Origin: Alphaproteobacteria bacterium
GTDB taxonomy: Bacteria; Pseudomonadota; Alphaproteobacteria; UBA828
Direction: 5' to 3'
Length of the DNA: 64,000 bases
Assembly: GCA_965220825.1 (NCBI GenBank)
Contig: OZ244839.1
Coordinates: forward strand, 3,013,280-3,077,279
In this document: piece after piece, positions 17,640 through 30,220 of the stretch
Position numbering within the stretch: position 1 is the stretch's first letter
How the letters are laid out: every line of letters begins with the position of its first letter
Position numbers and translations under genes: made by a program
Notes under the pieces: generated by a model
Told to the model about the DNA's origin: nothing
What the model saw: the letters and a program-made list of their open reading frames with translations, nothing else
The model's database searches: none

Positions 17640-18941
17640 ATGGCAGAGACACTCTTCAAAAACGTGTCGATCTTCGACGGCAAGGCCAAGCGCCCCTATG
17701 CGGGCGAGGTTCTGCTCCAGGGCAATCTCATCAAGAAGGTCGCCAAGGGCAAAGGCAAGATCAGGGCCAACGGCGCGACGGTGGTGGACGGTGCCGGCGC
17801 GACCCTGATGCCCGGCCTCATCGAGCCCCATTCCCACGTCTGCTACACCGACTGCGCGAGCCTGCCCGAGATCGGGCGGCTTACGCCGGAAGAGCATATG
17901 GTGCTCGCGCTGGAGAACGCGAAGAAGATGCTCGATCAGGGTTTCACGAGCCTCTTCTCGGCCGCGGGCGTCGGCTACAACAAGCTCCGCATCGAGCCGG
18001 TGCTGCGGGACGTGATCAACGCCGGACGCTATCCCGGACCGCGGCTCAAGGCGGCCTCGCCCGAGATCGTCTCCTCCGGCGGGCTCGGCGACGAGCGGCA
18101 GTTCCACATGCATCACGAATCGGTGGGCTACATCGCCGACGGGCCGGACGAGGTCCGCAAGGCCTGCCGCATCTGCATTCGTGAAGGCGTGGACAACATC
18201 AAGCTCAATATCTCGGGCGACGAGTTCGCCCATCCTGGCCAGTCCGAGAAGATCACCTATTTCGACGCCGAAGTGGCGGCGGCGGTCGAGGTGGCGCGGG
18301 AGGCCGGGGTGAACATCTGCACCCACGCCCGGGCCGACAAGGCGGTGCGGCTCGCGCTCAAACACGGTATCGACGTGATCTATCACGCGGACTACGCGAC
18401 CGACGAAACCATCGACATGCTCGAGGAAAAGAAAGACCAGATCTTCCTCGCGCCGGCGATCGGCGTCGTCTACACCACCGCCTACGAAGCCGCCGACTGG
18501 GGCATCACCCGGGAAGTCGCGGAGAGCTACAACCTCTTCTACAAGATGGAGCACACCGTGCGCACCTACAAGGAGGTGCGCAAGCGCGGCATCCGGGCCA
18601 TGCCGGGCGGCGATTACGGCTTCGCGTGGAACCCCATCGGCACCAACGCCCGGGATCTGGAGCACTTCGTCAATCTGTTCGGCTATTCGCCGGCCGAGGC
18701 GCTGATCGGGGCCACCAAGTGGGGCGGCGAGCTCATGGAGCTCAATGTGGGCATGGTCAAGGAGGGCTACCTGGCCGACCTGCTGCTGGTGGACGGCGAC
18801 CCCACCAAGGACGTGTCGATCATGATGGATTCCGACAATCTGCTGATGATCATGAAGGACGGCGCGTACCACAAGGCGCCGGACGAGGCGCGTCTCGCCG
18901 GGCGCCGGCAGATCGTGGCCGCCCCGGCCGCGGCGGAGTAG
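17640..18941 (+). CDS. Amidohydrolase-family metal-dependent hydrolase.
   Basis: 433 aa; N-terminal metal-binding HSH motif (LIEPHSHVCYT) and a later HADYATD motif, typical of the amidohydrolase superfamily. Confidence 0.85.
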   Translation: MAETLFKNVSIFDGKAKRPYAGEVLLQGNLIKKVAKGKGKIRANGATVVDGAGATLMPGLIEPHSHVCYTDCASLPEIGRLTPEEHMVLALENAKKMLDQGFTSLFSAAGVGYNKLRIEPVLRDVINAGRYPGPRLKAASPEIVSSGGLGDERQFHMHHESVGYIADGPDEVRKACRICIREGVDNIKLNISGDEFAHPGQSEKITYFDAEVAAAVEVAREAGVNICTHARADKAVRLALKHGIDVIYHADYATDETIDMLEEKKDQIFLAPAIGVVYTTAYEAADWGITREVAESYNLFYKMEHTVRTYKEVRKRGIRAMPGGDYGFAWNPIGTNARDLEHFVNLFGYSPAEALIGATKWGGELMELNVGMVKEGYLADLLLVDGDPTKDVSIMMDSDNLLMIMKDGAYHKAPDEARLAGRRQIVAAPAAAE

Positions 18942-19011
18942 ACACGAGAGGGAAACACGGGAGCCGGGCGCGGCTCGAAGGAGAGACATCCCGCGCGCCG
19001 GCTCCCCATGC

Positions 19012-20007
19012 ATGGGGGAGCCGGCCGTGGACCTTCCGCTCGAGCCGAAGCTCAGCATCGGCTATCAGCACGTTCTGGCGCCGCATGGCTATGAAGGGCG
19101 GGATGGATCGCCCGCCGACATGGCGGGCCTGCGGGAGCTGGTCCGCCTGATCGAGGATGCGGGCCTCGATTCCATCTGGTCGGGCGATCATGTGGTCTAT
19201 GCGGGGCCGATCCTCGACCCGCTGATACAGCTTGCGCAGATCGCGGCGCTCAGCGACCGCCTGCTTGTGGGCACCGGCATCTATCTGCTGCCGCTCCGCC
19301 ATCCCGCGCCGGTGGCGAAGCAGGTGGCGACGCTGGACACCGTCTCCGGCGGCCGGGTGATTTTCGGTGTCGGCGTCGGCGGCGAGTTCCCCATCGAATT
19401 CCAGCTCTGCGGCGTACCGGTGAAGGAGCGCGGCGCACGCCTCGACGAGGGAATCCGCGTGCTCCGCAGCCTGTGGTCGGGTGAGGCCCGGGCCCATGAA
19501 GGCCGTTTCTTCGCCTTCCCCGAAGTGGCCATCGAGCCGCCGCCGGCGCAACCCGGCGGGCCGCCCATCTGGTGCGGTGCCCGCGCCGATGCCGCGCTGC
19601 GGCGCGCCGGGCGGCTTGCGGACGGCTGGATTTCCTATGTCGTGACGCCGGAGCGCTACAAGCAGTCCCTCGAGACCATCGCGGATGCCGCCCGCGGCGC
19701 GTCCCGCACGCTCTCGCGGTTCGGCACCGGGCACCTGCTGTTCACCCGCATCGACAAGGACCGCGAATCGGCGCTGGCCTTCGCCGCCGAGTTCCTCAGC
19801 GCCCGCTACGCCATGGACTTCAGGCGCGCGGCCGAGCGCTATTGCGCCCTCGGCACGCCGGAAGAGGTGGCGGCGGCGATCCGTGCCTTCCACGAGGCCG
19901 GCGTCCGCCATGTGGTCCTCCATGTCCTCGCGCATGAGGACGAGAAGGCCGCCCATATCGCGCGTTTCGCGGAGCAGGTCGGCCCGCTGCTCGCCGACCT
20001 TCGGTGA
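19012..20007 (+). CDS. LLM-class flavin-dependent oxidoreductase (luciferase-like monooxygenase family).
   Basis: 331 aa; luciferase-like TIM-barrel pattern (…DSIWSGDHVVY…GVGVGGEFPIEF…). Confidence 0.8.
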   Translation: MGEPAVDLPLEPKLSIGYQHVLAPHGYEGRDGSPADMAGLRELVRLIEDAGLDSIWSGDHVVYAGPILDPLIQLAQIAALSDRLLVGTGIYLLPLRHPAPVAKQVATLDTVSGGRVIFGVGVGGEFPIEFQLCGVPVKERGARLDEGIRVLRSLWSGEARAHEGRFFAFPEVAIEPPPAQPGGPPIWCGARADAALRRAGRLADGWISYVVTPERYKQSLETIADAARGASRTLSRFGTGHLLFTRIDKDRESALAFAAEFLSARYAMDFRRAAERYCALGTPEEVAAAIRAFHEAGVRHVVLHVLAHEDEKAAHIARFAEQVGPLLADLR

Positions 20008-20032
20008 GGCGCGGAGACGGTCGGCGCACGTC

Positions 20033-21250
20033 ATGGAGAGTGGCTTCTCACTCCATGTGAACCCGCGCTACCTGGCGGACCCGGGCGCGGACACGGGCCT
20101 CGCAAGCACCATCAGTTCGGAGGGTCGCGCCGCCGCGCGCGCGGTGCTGACCCGGTTCTCCGGCTACCGCCCGACGCCGTTGCACGGCCTGCCCGCCATG
20201 GCGCGCAGCCTCGGCATCGGCAGTCTGTGGCTGAAGGACGAGGGCGGGCGCTTCGGCCTCGGCAGCTTCAAGGCGCTGGGCGGTGCCTATGCCGTCGCGG
20301 CGCTCCTTGCCGACGAACTCGGGGAGCCGCAGTCCGTGGGCGATGTGTTCGACGGCCGGGCCGCCGACCGGGTCGCGGCGTTCACCGTCTGCTGCGCGAC
20401 CGACGGCAATCACGGGCGCGCCGTGGCGTGGGGGGCGCGCTGCGCAGGCGCGCGGTGCGTGGTCTTCCTCCCAGGCCATGTCAGCGCCAACCGGGCCGCG
20501 AGCATTGCGTCGCTGGGCGCGGAGGTCGTGCATGTCTCGGGCATCTACGACGATGCGCTCCGGGCCTGCGCCCGGGCTGCGGAGGAGAAGGGCTGGTTCC
20601 TGGTCTCCGATACCTCCTACGCAGGCGGCGACGAGACGCCGACGCGGGTCATGCACGGCTACACGGTGATGGTGGACGAGGCTGTGGCGGCGCTTTCCGG
20701 CACGCGACCGACCCATCTCTTCGTCCAGGGCGGCGTCGGCGGGCTCGCGGCGTCCGTGATCGGCGCGTTCCGGCAGGACCTGGGCACGTCTTCCCCGAAG
20801 GGCGTGGTGGTCGAGCCGGCGGCCGCCGACTGCCTCTATCAGAGTGCGCGGCAGGGCAGACCGGCGCCGGCCTCCGGCGATCTGGAGACCGTGATGGGAT
20901 GCCTCTCCGCGGCCGAAATTTCACCCCTCGCCTGGCGTGCGCTGGAGCGGGGCGCGTTCGCCTTCATGACGCTGGCCGATGACGGCGCGGTCGCGGCAAT
21001 GCGCCGCGCCGCCGAACCGCAAGAGGACGATCCCGCCATCGTTCTGGGCGAATCCGGCGCCGCGGCCCTCGGCGGCCTGCTCGCGGTCGCGGCGGATGCC
21101 GAAGCCCGCGGGGCGTTGGGTCTTGGTGCGGAGTCCCGCGTTCTTGTGATGGGCAGTGAAGGCGCGACCGACCCCGCCCTCTACCGGCAACTGGTGGGCC
21201 GCGATCCAGAGGCGGTGACGGCCGCCGCGCGGAACGGACGTACGGGTTGA
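20033..21250 (+). CDS. Diaminopropionate ammonia-lyase-like PLP-dependent enzyme (tryptophan-synthase-beta fold).
   Basis: 405 aa from MESGFSLHVNPRY…; PLP-lysine context GSFKALGGAYAV and overall collinearity with DpaL/YgeX. The track ORF from 19685 is an upstream read-through. Confidence 0.75.
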   Translation: MESGFSLHVNPRYLADPGADTGLASTISSEGRAAARAVLTRFSGYRPTPLHGLPAMARSLGIGSLWLKDEGGRFGLGSFKALGGAYAVAALLADELGEPQSVGDVFDGRAADRVAAFTVCCATDGNHGRAVAWGARCAGARCVVFLPGHVSANRAASIASLGAEVVHVSGIYDDALRACARAAEEKGWFLVSDTSYAGGDETPTRVMHGYTVMVDEAVAALSGTRPTHLFVQGGVGGLAASVIGAFRQDLGTSSPKGVVVEPAAADCLYQSARQGRPAPASGDLETVMGCLSAAEISPLAWRALERGAFAFMTLADDGAVAAMRRAAEPQEDDPAIVLGESGAAALGGLLAVAADAEARGALGLGAESRVLVMGSEGATDPALYRQLVGRDPEAVTAAARNGRTG

Positions 21251-21266
21251 GCGGAGGGCCGGTACG

Positions 21267-22115
21267 ATGGAAGGCCGTATCTGTATCGTCACCGGCGCTA
21301 CGGCCGGGATCGGCCGCGTAACCGCCGAGGCGCTCGCCCGGAAGGGGGCCGAGGTCGTCGTCGTCGGGCGCAACCCGGCCAAGGGCGCGGCCGTGACGGA
21401 GGCCATCCGCGACGCGACCGGCAGCGATCGAACGGCGTTCGAGTGCGCGGACCTCTCCAGCCTGAGCGATATCCGAAGCCTCGCGGATCGGCTCACGACG
21501 CGCTTCGCCCATATCGACGTGCTCGTAAACAATGCGGGCGCCATCTTCTCCCGCCGGCGGGAGAGCGTGGACGGGATCGAAATGACCTTCGCCCTCAACC
21601 ACCTGGCCTATTTCCTGCTCACCGGGCTTCTGCTCGACCGGCTGCGGGCCGCACCGGCGGGCCGTATCGTCAATGTTTCCTCGGGGGCCCATCGCGGTGC
21701 CCGGATGGACTTCGACGATCCGGAGCGCAAGGCGCGCTACAGCGGCTGGCGCGCCTACCAGCAGAGCAAGCTCGCCAACATTCTCTTCACCTGCCGGTTG
21801 GCCGAGCGCCTCGCCGGGTCTGGCGTGACGGCGAACTGCCTCCATCCGGGCTTCGTGGCCAGCAGCTTCGGGCATGAAAATGGCGGCTTCTTCACCTTCG
21901 CGCTGAAGGCCTGCCAGCGCCTCTTCGCCATCGGCGAGGAGGAAGGCGCGCGGACCGTCATCCATCTCGCGACGAGCCCTGACGTCGCGGGCACGAGCGG
22001 CCGTTATTTCTACGAGTGCCGGGAGACCGCGAGCACGCTCGCCTCCCGCGACGAGGAAGATGCCCGGCGCCTCTGGGAATTGAGCGAGAGTCTTACCGGC
22101 TTCCGCTATCCGTGA
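21267..22115 (+). CDS. SDR-family NAD(P)-dependent oxidoreductase.
   Basis: TGATAGIGR cofactor motif; YxxxK catalytic dyad (YQQSK). Confidence 0.85.
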   Translation: MEGRICIVTGATAGIGRVTAEALARKGAEVVVVGRNPAKGAAVTEAIRDATGSDRTAFECADLSSLSDIRSLADRLTTRFAHIDVLVNNAGAIFSRRRESVDGIEMTFALNHLAYFLLTGLLLDRLRAAPAGRIVNVSSGAHRGARMDFDDPERKARYSGWRAYQQSKLANILFTCRLAERLAGSGVTANCLHPGFVASSFGHENGGFFTFALKACQRLFAIGEEEGARTVIHLATSPDVAGTSGRYFYECRETASTLASRDEEDARRLWELSESLTGFRYP

Positions 22116-22140
22116 GCGGGCAACGGCCCGCCGGTCCACG

Positions 22141-22275
22141 ATGAAGCGCAAACCCCGCAAGCCGCCCCGGCGCAACCCGGCCGCACGGCTCCTCGCGGAT
22201 TCCCGCTACCGCCGGCGCGTCGTAAAGGCAAAAAAGGGCAAGACCGCCTACCGCCGCCGCCCCAAGCACCCATAG
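22141..22275 (+). CDS. Candidate small ORF encoding a 44-aa extremely basic peptide (MKRKPRKPPRRNPAARLLADSRYRRRVVKAKKGKTAYRRRPKHP).
   Basis: It is too short for the ORF track (not in it). GC3 about 84%, consistent with host codon usage; 22 of 44 residues are K/R. It sits in the 210-bp convergent spacer between the SDR gene and gabD. No strong SD. Confidence 0.3.
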   Translation: MKRKPRKPPRRNPAARLLADSRYRRRVVKAKKGKTAYRRRPKHP

Positions 22276-22324
22276 CGCGTCATGGTGCGCGGGGGCGGCC
22301 GCGCGCACCAAGTATCGGCCGCTT

Positions 22325-23815
22325 CTAGCGGTCGATGTCTCCCATGCACATATATTTGACCTCCATGAACTCCTCGAGGCCGTAGTGGGAGCCCTCGCGG
22401 CCGATGCCGGATTCCTTTACCCCGCCGAAGGGCGCAACCTCGGTGGAAATGATTCCGGTGTTGATCCCGACAATTCCATATTCGAGCTGCTCGGCGACCC
22501 GCCAGATGCGGCCGATGTCGCGGCTGTAGAAATAGGCGGCGAGGCCGAACTCGGTGTCGTTGGCGAGCTGTACCGCCTCGTCGTCCGTCTCGAAACGGAA
22601 GAGCGGCGCCAGGGGCCCGAAGGTCTCCTCGCGGGCGACCTTCATCTGGGTGTTCACATTGGCGATGACGGTGGGCTCGAAGAAGTTGCCGCCCAGCGGG
22701 TGCCGCTTGCCGCCCTGGAGCACCGTCGCACCTTTCTCCACCGCATCCTGGATATGCTCCTCCACCTTGCGGACCGCTTCCTGGTCGATCAGCGGCCCTT
22801 GCTGGGTCTCGCCCTCGAGTCCGGGGCCCACGACCAGCTTGGACGACGCCTCGGCGAGCCGCTCCGCGAAGCTCTCATAGACGCCGCCCTGCACGAGGAA
22901 GCGGTTGGCGCAGACGCAGGTCTGGCCCGTATTGCGGTATTTGGAGGCGATGGCGCCGTTGACCGCCGATTCCATGTCGGCGTCGTCGAACACGATGAAG
23001 GGCGCGTTGCCGCCTAGCTCCATGGAGACCTTTTTGACCGTCTGGGCGCACTGCTCCAGCAGCACCTTGCCCACCTCGGTGGAGCCAGTGAAGGAAAGCT
23101 TGCGCACGATGGGGTTGGCGGTGATTTCACCGCCAACGTCGTGGGATGGCCCGGTGATCACGTTGAAGACCCCGGGCGGAATGCCGGCCCGCTCGCCGAG
23201 CTCGCAGAGCGCGAGGGCGGAGAAGGGCGTGGCGGTCGCCGGCCGCGCGACGACGGTGCAGCCGGCGGCGAGCGCCGGGCCCGCCTTCCGCGCGATCATC
23301 GCATTGGGGAAGTTCCAGGGCGTGATCATGCCCACCACGCCCACGGGCTCCTTCGTCACCACGATACGCCGGTCGGCGAGCGGCTGCGGGATGACGTCGC
23401 CATAGGCGCGTTTTCCCTCTTCGGCGAACCATTCGATGAAGGAGCCGCCATAGGCGATCTCACCCCGCGATTCCGCCAGGGGCTTGCCCTGCTCGGCGGT
23501 CATGATGACGGCAAGATCCTCCTGATTCGCCATCATCAGGTCGTACCATTTGCGCAGGATCGCGGCGCGCTCCTTGGCGGTCTTGGCGCGCCAGGCCGGG
23601 AAGGCCCGATTGGCGGCCTCGATGGCGGCCCGGGTTTCGGCCGCGGAGAATGCCGGAATGGTGCCGACGACCCGTCCGTCGGCCGGGTTGGTCACGTCGG
23701 TGGTTCTGCCGGATGTGGCGTCGAGCCACTTGCCGTCCACATAGCATTGCTGACGGAACAGCGCGGGATCCTCCAGGAAGATTCCCTTTGCGATTTCAGC
23801 GGCGGCCGCGGTCAT
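22325..23815 (-). CDS. gabD: NAD(P)-dependent succinate-semialdehyde dehydrogenase.
   Basis: 496 aa, collinear with E. coli GabD over the full length, including the catalytic Cys region (GQTCVCANR) and the ELGGNAP motif. Confidence 0.85.
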   Translation of the reverse strand: MTAAAAEIAKGIFLEDPALFRQQCYVDGKWLDATSGRTTDVTNPADGRVVGTIPAFSAAETRAAIEAANRAFPAWRAKTAKERAAILRKWYDLMMANQEDLAVIMTAEQGKPLAESRGEIAYGGSFIEWFAEEGKRAYGDVIPQPLADRRIVVTKEPVGVVGMITPWNFPNAMIARKAGPALAAGCTVVARPATATPFSALALCELGERAGIPPGVFNVITGPSHDVGGEITANPIVRKLSFTGSTEVGKVLLEQCAQTVKKVSMELGGNAPFIVFDDADMESAVNGAIASKYRNTGQTCVCANRFLVQGGVYESFAERLAEASSKLVVGPGLEGETQQGPLIDQEAVRKVEEHIQDAVEKGATVLQGGKRHPLGGNFFEPTVIANVNTQMKVAREETFGPLAPLFRFETDDEAVQLANDTEFGLAAYFYSRDIGRIWRVAEQLEYGIVGINTGIISTEVAPFGGVKESGIGREGSHYGLEEFMEVKYMCMGDIDR

Positions 23816-23889
23816 GATCCATCCCTCCCGTCTTCGGCCCGCAGTATCGCCGATGCGGAACGGGCGTTAAACCCTGCCGCCAGCCGCAC

Positions 23890-24501
23890 TTGGCCCATGG
23901 CGGAGAGGATGCGAGACTTGCCGCCGTCATGGGAGTATCGGACACGCGGTTCCGGGCCGGCCTCGACCGCCGGGCCTTCTTTGTTGGCGCAGGTGCGGCG
24001 CTGGGCCTCGCGGCGGCCGGCGGCGCCCGCGCGGGCACCTATCTCGAGCACAAGGAACGGCGCGTCCCCCTGCGCGGCCTGTGGACGGACGAAGTGGTCG
24101 ACCGCGTCTACTGGAAGGACGGCCGCTATATCGATCCGGCGCTCGATGCCTACAGCCACTTGATGCGCGATTGGCGGAACGGCGCGAAGACGCCGATCTT
24201 CTACGGCGTGCTCGACCAGCTCTTCTTCCTGTGGGACGCGCTCGGGAGAGATGGTGCGGTGGGCCTCATTTCGGGCTACCGCTCGGCCGCGACCAATGAC
24301 ATGTTGCGGGACCGTGGCGAGGGCGTCGCCCGCGATTCGCTCCACATGCTGGGTATGGCGGCGGATGTCCGGTTCGACCGCGTGGACGCGAAGACGGTCT
24401 GGGACAGGGCGGTCTCGCTGCGCTTCGGCGGTGCCGGCCTCTACCGGCGCTCGGATTTCGTCCATCTGGATGTGGGGCCGGTGCGGCGCTGGGAGGGCTG
24501 A
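23890..24501 (+). CDS. DUF882 (YcbK-like) peptidase-M15-fold protein with a Tat signal.
   Basis: Twin-arginine motif RRAFFVGAGAALGLAAAGGARA; DUF882 core (…LISGYRSAATN…SLHMLGMAADV…). The true start is likely the ATG at 23929 (MGVSDTRF). Confidence 0.75.
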   Translation: MAHGGEDARLAAVMGVSDTRFRAGLDRRAFFVGAGAALGLAAAGGARAGTYLEHKERRVPLRGLWTDEVVDRVYWKDGRYIDPALDAYSHLMRDWRNGAKTPIFYGVLDQLFFLWDALGRDGAVGLISGYRSAATNDMLRDRGEGVARDSLHMLGMAADVRFDRVDAKTVWDRAVSLRFGGAGLYRRSDFVHLDVGPVRRWEG

Positions 24502-24527
24502 CCCGGCGCGGGCCGTGGAATGCCCGC

Positions 24528-25721
24528 TCAGGGCCGGTGGACGGCCGCCACATAGGCCGCCGAGCGCATCTCGGTCAGGCGGGACGCGGTCCGCTTGAAA
24601 TCGAACGCGCCGTCGCCCGCGGGATAGAGCTCGTCCGGCGGCGCGTCCGCAGCACAGATCAGGTGGACCCGGTGCTCGTAGAGCACATCGAGCAGCGTCG
24701 CGAAGCGCTTGGCTTCGTTCCGCAGTGCCGGGCCCATCCGCGGAATCCCGTTTAGGATCAGAGTGTGGAACGCGGCCTGAAGGGCGAGATAGTCCACCGC
24801 ACCCAGCGGGCGGGCGCAAAGTTCGTCGAAATGCGCCATGGCGACGCCCTTGGCGGTTTTCTTCAGGGTGAGCGTCCGCCCGCCCGGAACCTCGATCGTG
24901 GCAGGCGCCGGTGTCGCGTCTCCCGTAAGCCGGCGGAAAGCGAGTGCGAGCGCCGTATCCGCCTCCGCCGACAGCGGCGTGTGATAGAGGCGGGCCTCCC
25001 TGAGATAGAGCTGCCGATAGTCCTGGGCGCCGTCGAGCTCGAGCACCTCCATCCGCGCCTTTACCAGCTCGATGAAGGGCACGAAGTTCTGGCGGTTGAT
25101 ACCGCCTTCGTAGAGGGCGTCCGGCGCATGGTTGGAGGTCATGACCGCGGTAACGCCCGCATCCAGCAGCCCATGGAACAGGCGCCCGAGGATCATCGCG
25201 TCCCCGATGTCGGAGACATGGAACTCGTCGAAACAGAGCAGCCTCGCATCGCGCGCAATGTCCGCCGTTAAGGACGAGAATATTTCCGTCGCCCTTTCGC
25301 CGCCCGCGAGGCCCGCGCGGTTGATGGCACGGTGAACCTCCTGCATGAAGGCGTGGTAGTGGACCCGCCGCTTCGCCGGGGTGGCCGCTCCCTCGAAGAA
25401 GAGGTCCATGAGCAGGGTCTTTCCGCGGCCCACGCCGCCGAAGAGATAAAGGCCGCCGGGGGCGGCCGGCGGCGCTTCGCTCCCACCGCCGAAAAGCCGC
25501 CAGGAGCGCCGTTTCTTGCCCCCGCGACGGGTATCGGGCGCAGCCAGGCTTTCGTGCAGGGCCTGGAGACGCGCGGCCGCGTGGGCCTGGGCAGGATCGA
25601 AACGCAACCTGCCCGCTTCGCACAGCGCGCGGTAGCCCGCCGCCGGGCCCTCCGCGTCTCCTGCGCCCGCGCAGCCGGTCTCGCGCGACTGGTTCCGCGA
25701 TGCGGCGTCCTCCTGCGTCAT
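24528..25721 (-). CDS. zapE: Cell-division protein ZapE (AFG1-like ATPase).
   Basis: 397 aa from MTQEDAAS…; Walker A GGVGRGKT; AFG1 family collinearity. The track ORF from 26459 is a long upstream read-through. Confidence 0.85.
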   Translation of the reverse strand: MTQEDAASRNQSRETGCAGAGDAEGPAAGYRALCEAGRLRFDPAQAHAAARLQALHESLAAPDTRRGGKKRRSWRLFGGGSEAPPAAPGGLYLFGGVGRGKTLLMDLFFEGAATPAKRRVHYHAFMQEVHRAINRAGLAGGERATEIFSSLTADIARDARLLCFDEFHVSDIGDAMILGRLFHGLLDAGVTAVMTSNHAPDALYEGGINRQNFVPFIELVKARMEVLELDGAQDYRQLYLREARLYHTPLSAEADTALALAFRRLTGDATPAPATIEVPGGRTLTLKKTAKGVAMAHFDELCARPLGAVDYLALQAAFHTLILNGIPRMGPALRNEAKRFATLLDVLYEHRVHLICAADAPPDELYPAGDGAFDFKRTASRLTEMRSAAYVAAVHRP

Positions 25722-26539
25722 CCCGCGACGCAGAGGTAGATGCCGGCTCCCGTCATGGCGCCGCCGCCGAGGCGGGCGATCCACTGGCCCTTCGGCAAGA
25801 GCTTTTCCGCGGCGACGAAGGCCGTGATCGCCGCCACCAGGCCGAGGTTCATCACGCCGCCCACGAACAGCAGTCCCATGACGGCCCAGCAGCAGCCGAG
25901 GCAGAACGCGCCATGGCCGAAACCCATGCGGAGGGCCCCGGCCGGCCCCGGCCGCCAATGCTGCATGAGAAACGCCATCGGCGAGCGGCAGTGGCGGAGG
26001 CAGGCATTTTTGAGCGGAGTCCACTGATAGAGGCCGGCGGCGATAAGCAGCGCGCCGCCTAAGACGGTACTGGTGCTTACCATGGCCGGCGAGAGCAGCG
26101 CCGCCTGCTGCAGGCCCCATTGCAATGCGGTCGCGCCCATGCTGAAGCCGGTCCAGGCCAGCAGATATCCCGAGGCGAACAGGCCGGTGGAGAGGCGGGG
26201 TGTGCCGCCGCCCGCCGGCCCCCTCGCGACCTTCGCGAACATCAGGACTGTCGGTGCGGCGCCCGGGAGCATCATGCCCGCCATCATCACCGCCCACATG
26301 ACGAACATGAGCGCCCCGTCCATGGCGCTCCACGCCCGAAGCGCCATCGCCGACATGGCGTCGCCTTCGGACATGGCCATCCCGTGGGAATCCATGTCCA
26401 TGCCGAGGGTCAGGTGGACGAGATAGAACCAGGCGAGGCCCGTGGCGACCGCGAGACAAGCGGCAATGATCAGCGTGTCCCGCCGGAGAAGAGCTTCGAT
26501 GGGGAAGGGCGCTGCGTCCGACGCCGCCGAATCGCGCAT
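25718..26539 (-). CDS. DUF2182 family integral membrane protein (putative metal-binding).
   Basis: 273 aa from MRDSAASDAAPFP…; multiple hydrophobic helices rich in Met/His (DMDSHGMAMSEGDAMSAMA); 4-bp overlap with the zapE start. Confidence 0.65.
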   Translation of the reverse strand: MRDSAASDAAPFPIEALLRRDTLIIAACLAVATGLAWFYLVHLTLGMDMDSHGMAMSEGDAMSAMALRAWSAMDGALMFVMWAVMMAGMMLPGAAPTVLMFAKVARGPAGGGTPRLSTGLFASGYLLAWTGFSMGATALQWGLQQAALLSPAMVSTSTVLGGALLIAAGLYQWTPLKNACLRHCRSPMAFLMQHWRPGPAGALRMGFGHGAFCLGCCWAVMGLLFVGGVMNLGLVAAITAFVAAEKLLPKGQWIARLGGGAMTGAGIYLCVAG

Positions 26540-26541
26540 GC

Positions 26542-27342
26542 TCAGTCGCACTTGGCGGTGAGTCCGCCGTCCACCACCAGATCGGCGGCGGTCACGTACC
26601 GGGCTTCGTCGGATGCGAGATAGAGGGCGGCGTAAGCCACGTCCCACCCGTCCCCCATGCGGCCCATGGGAACCTGCGCATGGCGTTTGGCGATCAGGTC
26701 GTCGAGCCTGCCGCCCGCATATTGTGCGGCAAGGCGGGTCTCCACCAGCGGCGTGTGCATAAGGCCCACCGATATGGAATTGCAGCGGATACCCCGGGCG
26801 GCGTACTGCACGGCGACCGCCTTGGTGAACTGCACCAGGCCGGCCTTGGCGGCGGCGTAGGCCGCGTGATGGTTGCCGATGAAGCGGAGCCCGGCGACGG
26901 AGGAAATATTGACGACGGCGCCTCCGCCCTGCCGCTCCATGATCGGGAGCGCCCGCCTCGTCACCAGATAGGCGCTGGTGAGATTGAACTCGATCTGGGC
27001 ACGCCAGTCCTCCTCGTCGAGCTCCACCGGGCCGCCCGGCACCGAGCCGCCGACATTGTTTACCAGCAGATGGAGCCCGCCCCAGCGCGCGGCCGTCGCG
27101 GCGACAGCCCGTTCGACATCCGCGCTCTCCGTGACGTCGGCGACCTCCACGGCGCCGTCACCGCCTTCGTCGGCGATGAGCCGGCAGGTCTCCTCCGCCG
27201 CGCTGGCATCGCGATCCACCACGGCCACGCGGGCACCCTCACGGGCGAAGAGGACGGCCGTCGCCCGCCCGTTTCCCCAGCCCGGACCCACCGATCCCGC
27301 GCCGGTCACCAGCGCGACCTTTCCCTCGAGCCGCTTCGTCAT
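26542..27342 (-). CDS. SDR-family oxidoreductase.
   Basis: 266 aa from MTKRLEGKVALVTGAGSVG…; YAAAK catalytic motif. The upstream extension in the track ORF is not supported. Confidence 0.8.
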   Translation of the reverse strand: MTKRLEGKVALVTGAGSVGPGWGNGRATAVLFAREGARVAVVDRDASAAEETCRLIADEGGDGAVEVADVTESADVERAVAATAARWGGLHLLVNNVGGSVPGGPVELDEEDWRAQIEFNLTSAYLVTRRALPIMERQGGGAVVNISSVAGLRFIGNHHAAYAAAKAGLVQFTKAVAVQYAARGIRCNSISVGLMHTPLVETRLAAQYAGGRLDDLIAKRHAQVPMGRMGDGWDVAYAALYLASDEARYVTAADLVVDGGLTAKCD

Positions 27343-27532
27343 GGGCCTCAATCTACCACCCGCCGCCGCTCTGCGCAGGCCAGCGCCGGACGGTCCGGGC
27401 ACCTTCGGATGCATCCCGAACAAGGGCCATGTCTGGACACGCATCCGAGCGCACATTAAGTAGCGTCATCCGAAGCCGACACCCAATCCGAGAGTCGCGC
27501 GGGCGCGCGGGCTTTCGCGCGAGACGTGTCCC

Positions 27533-30184
<2,652 letters not shown>

Positions 30185-30220
30185 GGGCCGTTGCCGCCGG
30201 CGAGTCGCCGGTCGGCCGCC

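Noticed and set aside
17589-19058. 489-aa minus-strand ORF opposite the amidohydrolase gene.
   Set aside because: Antisense to a supported gene; no motifs.
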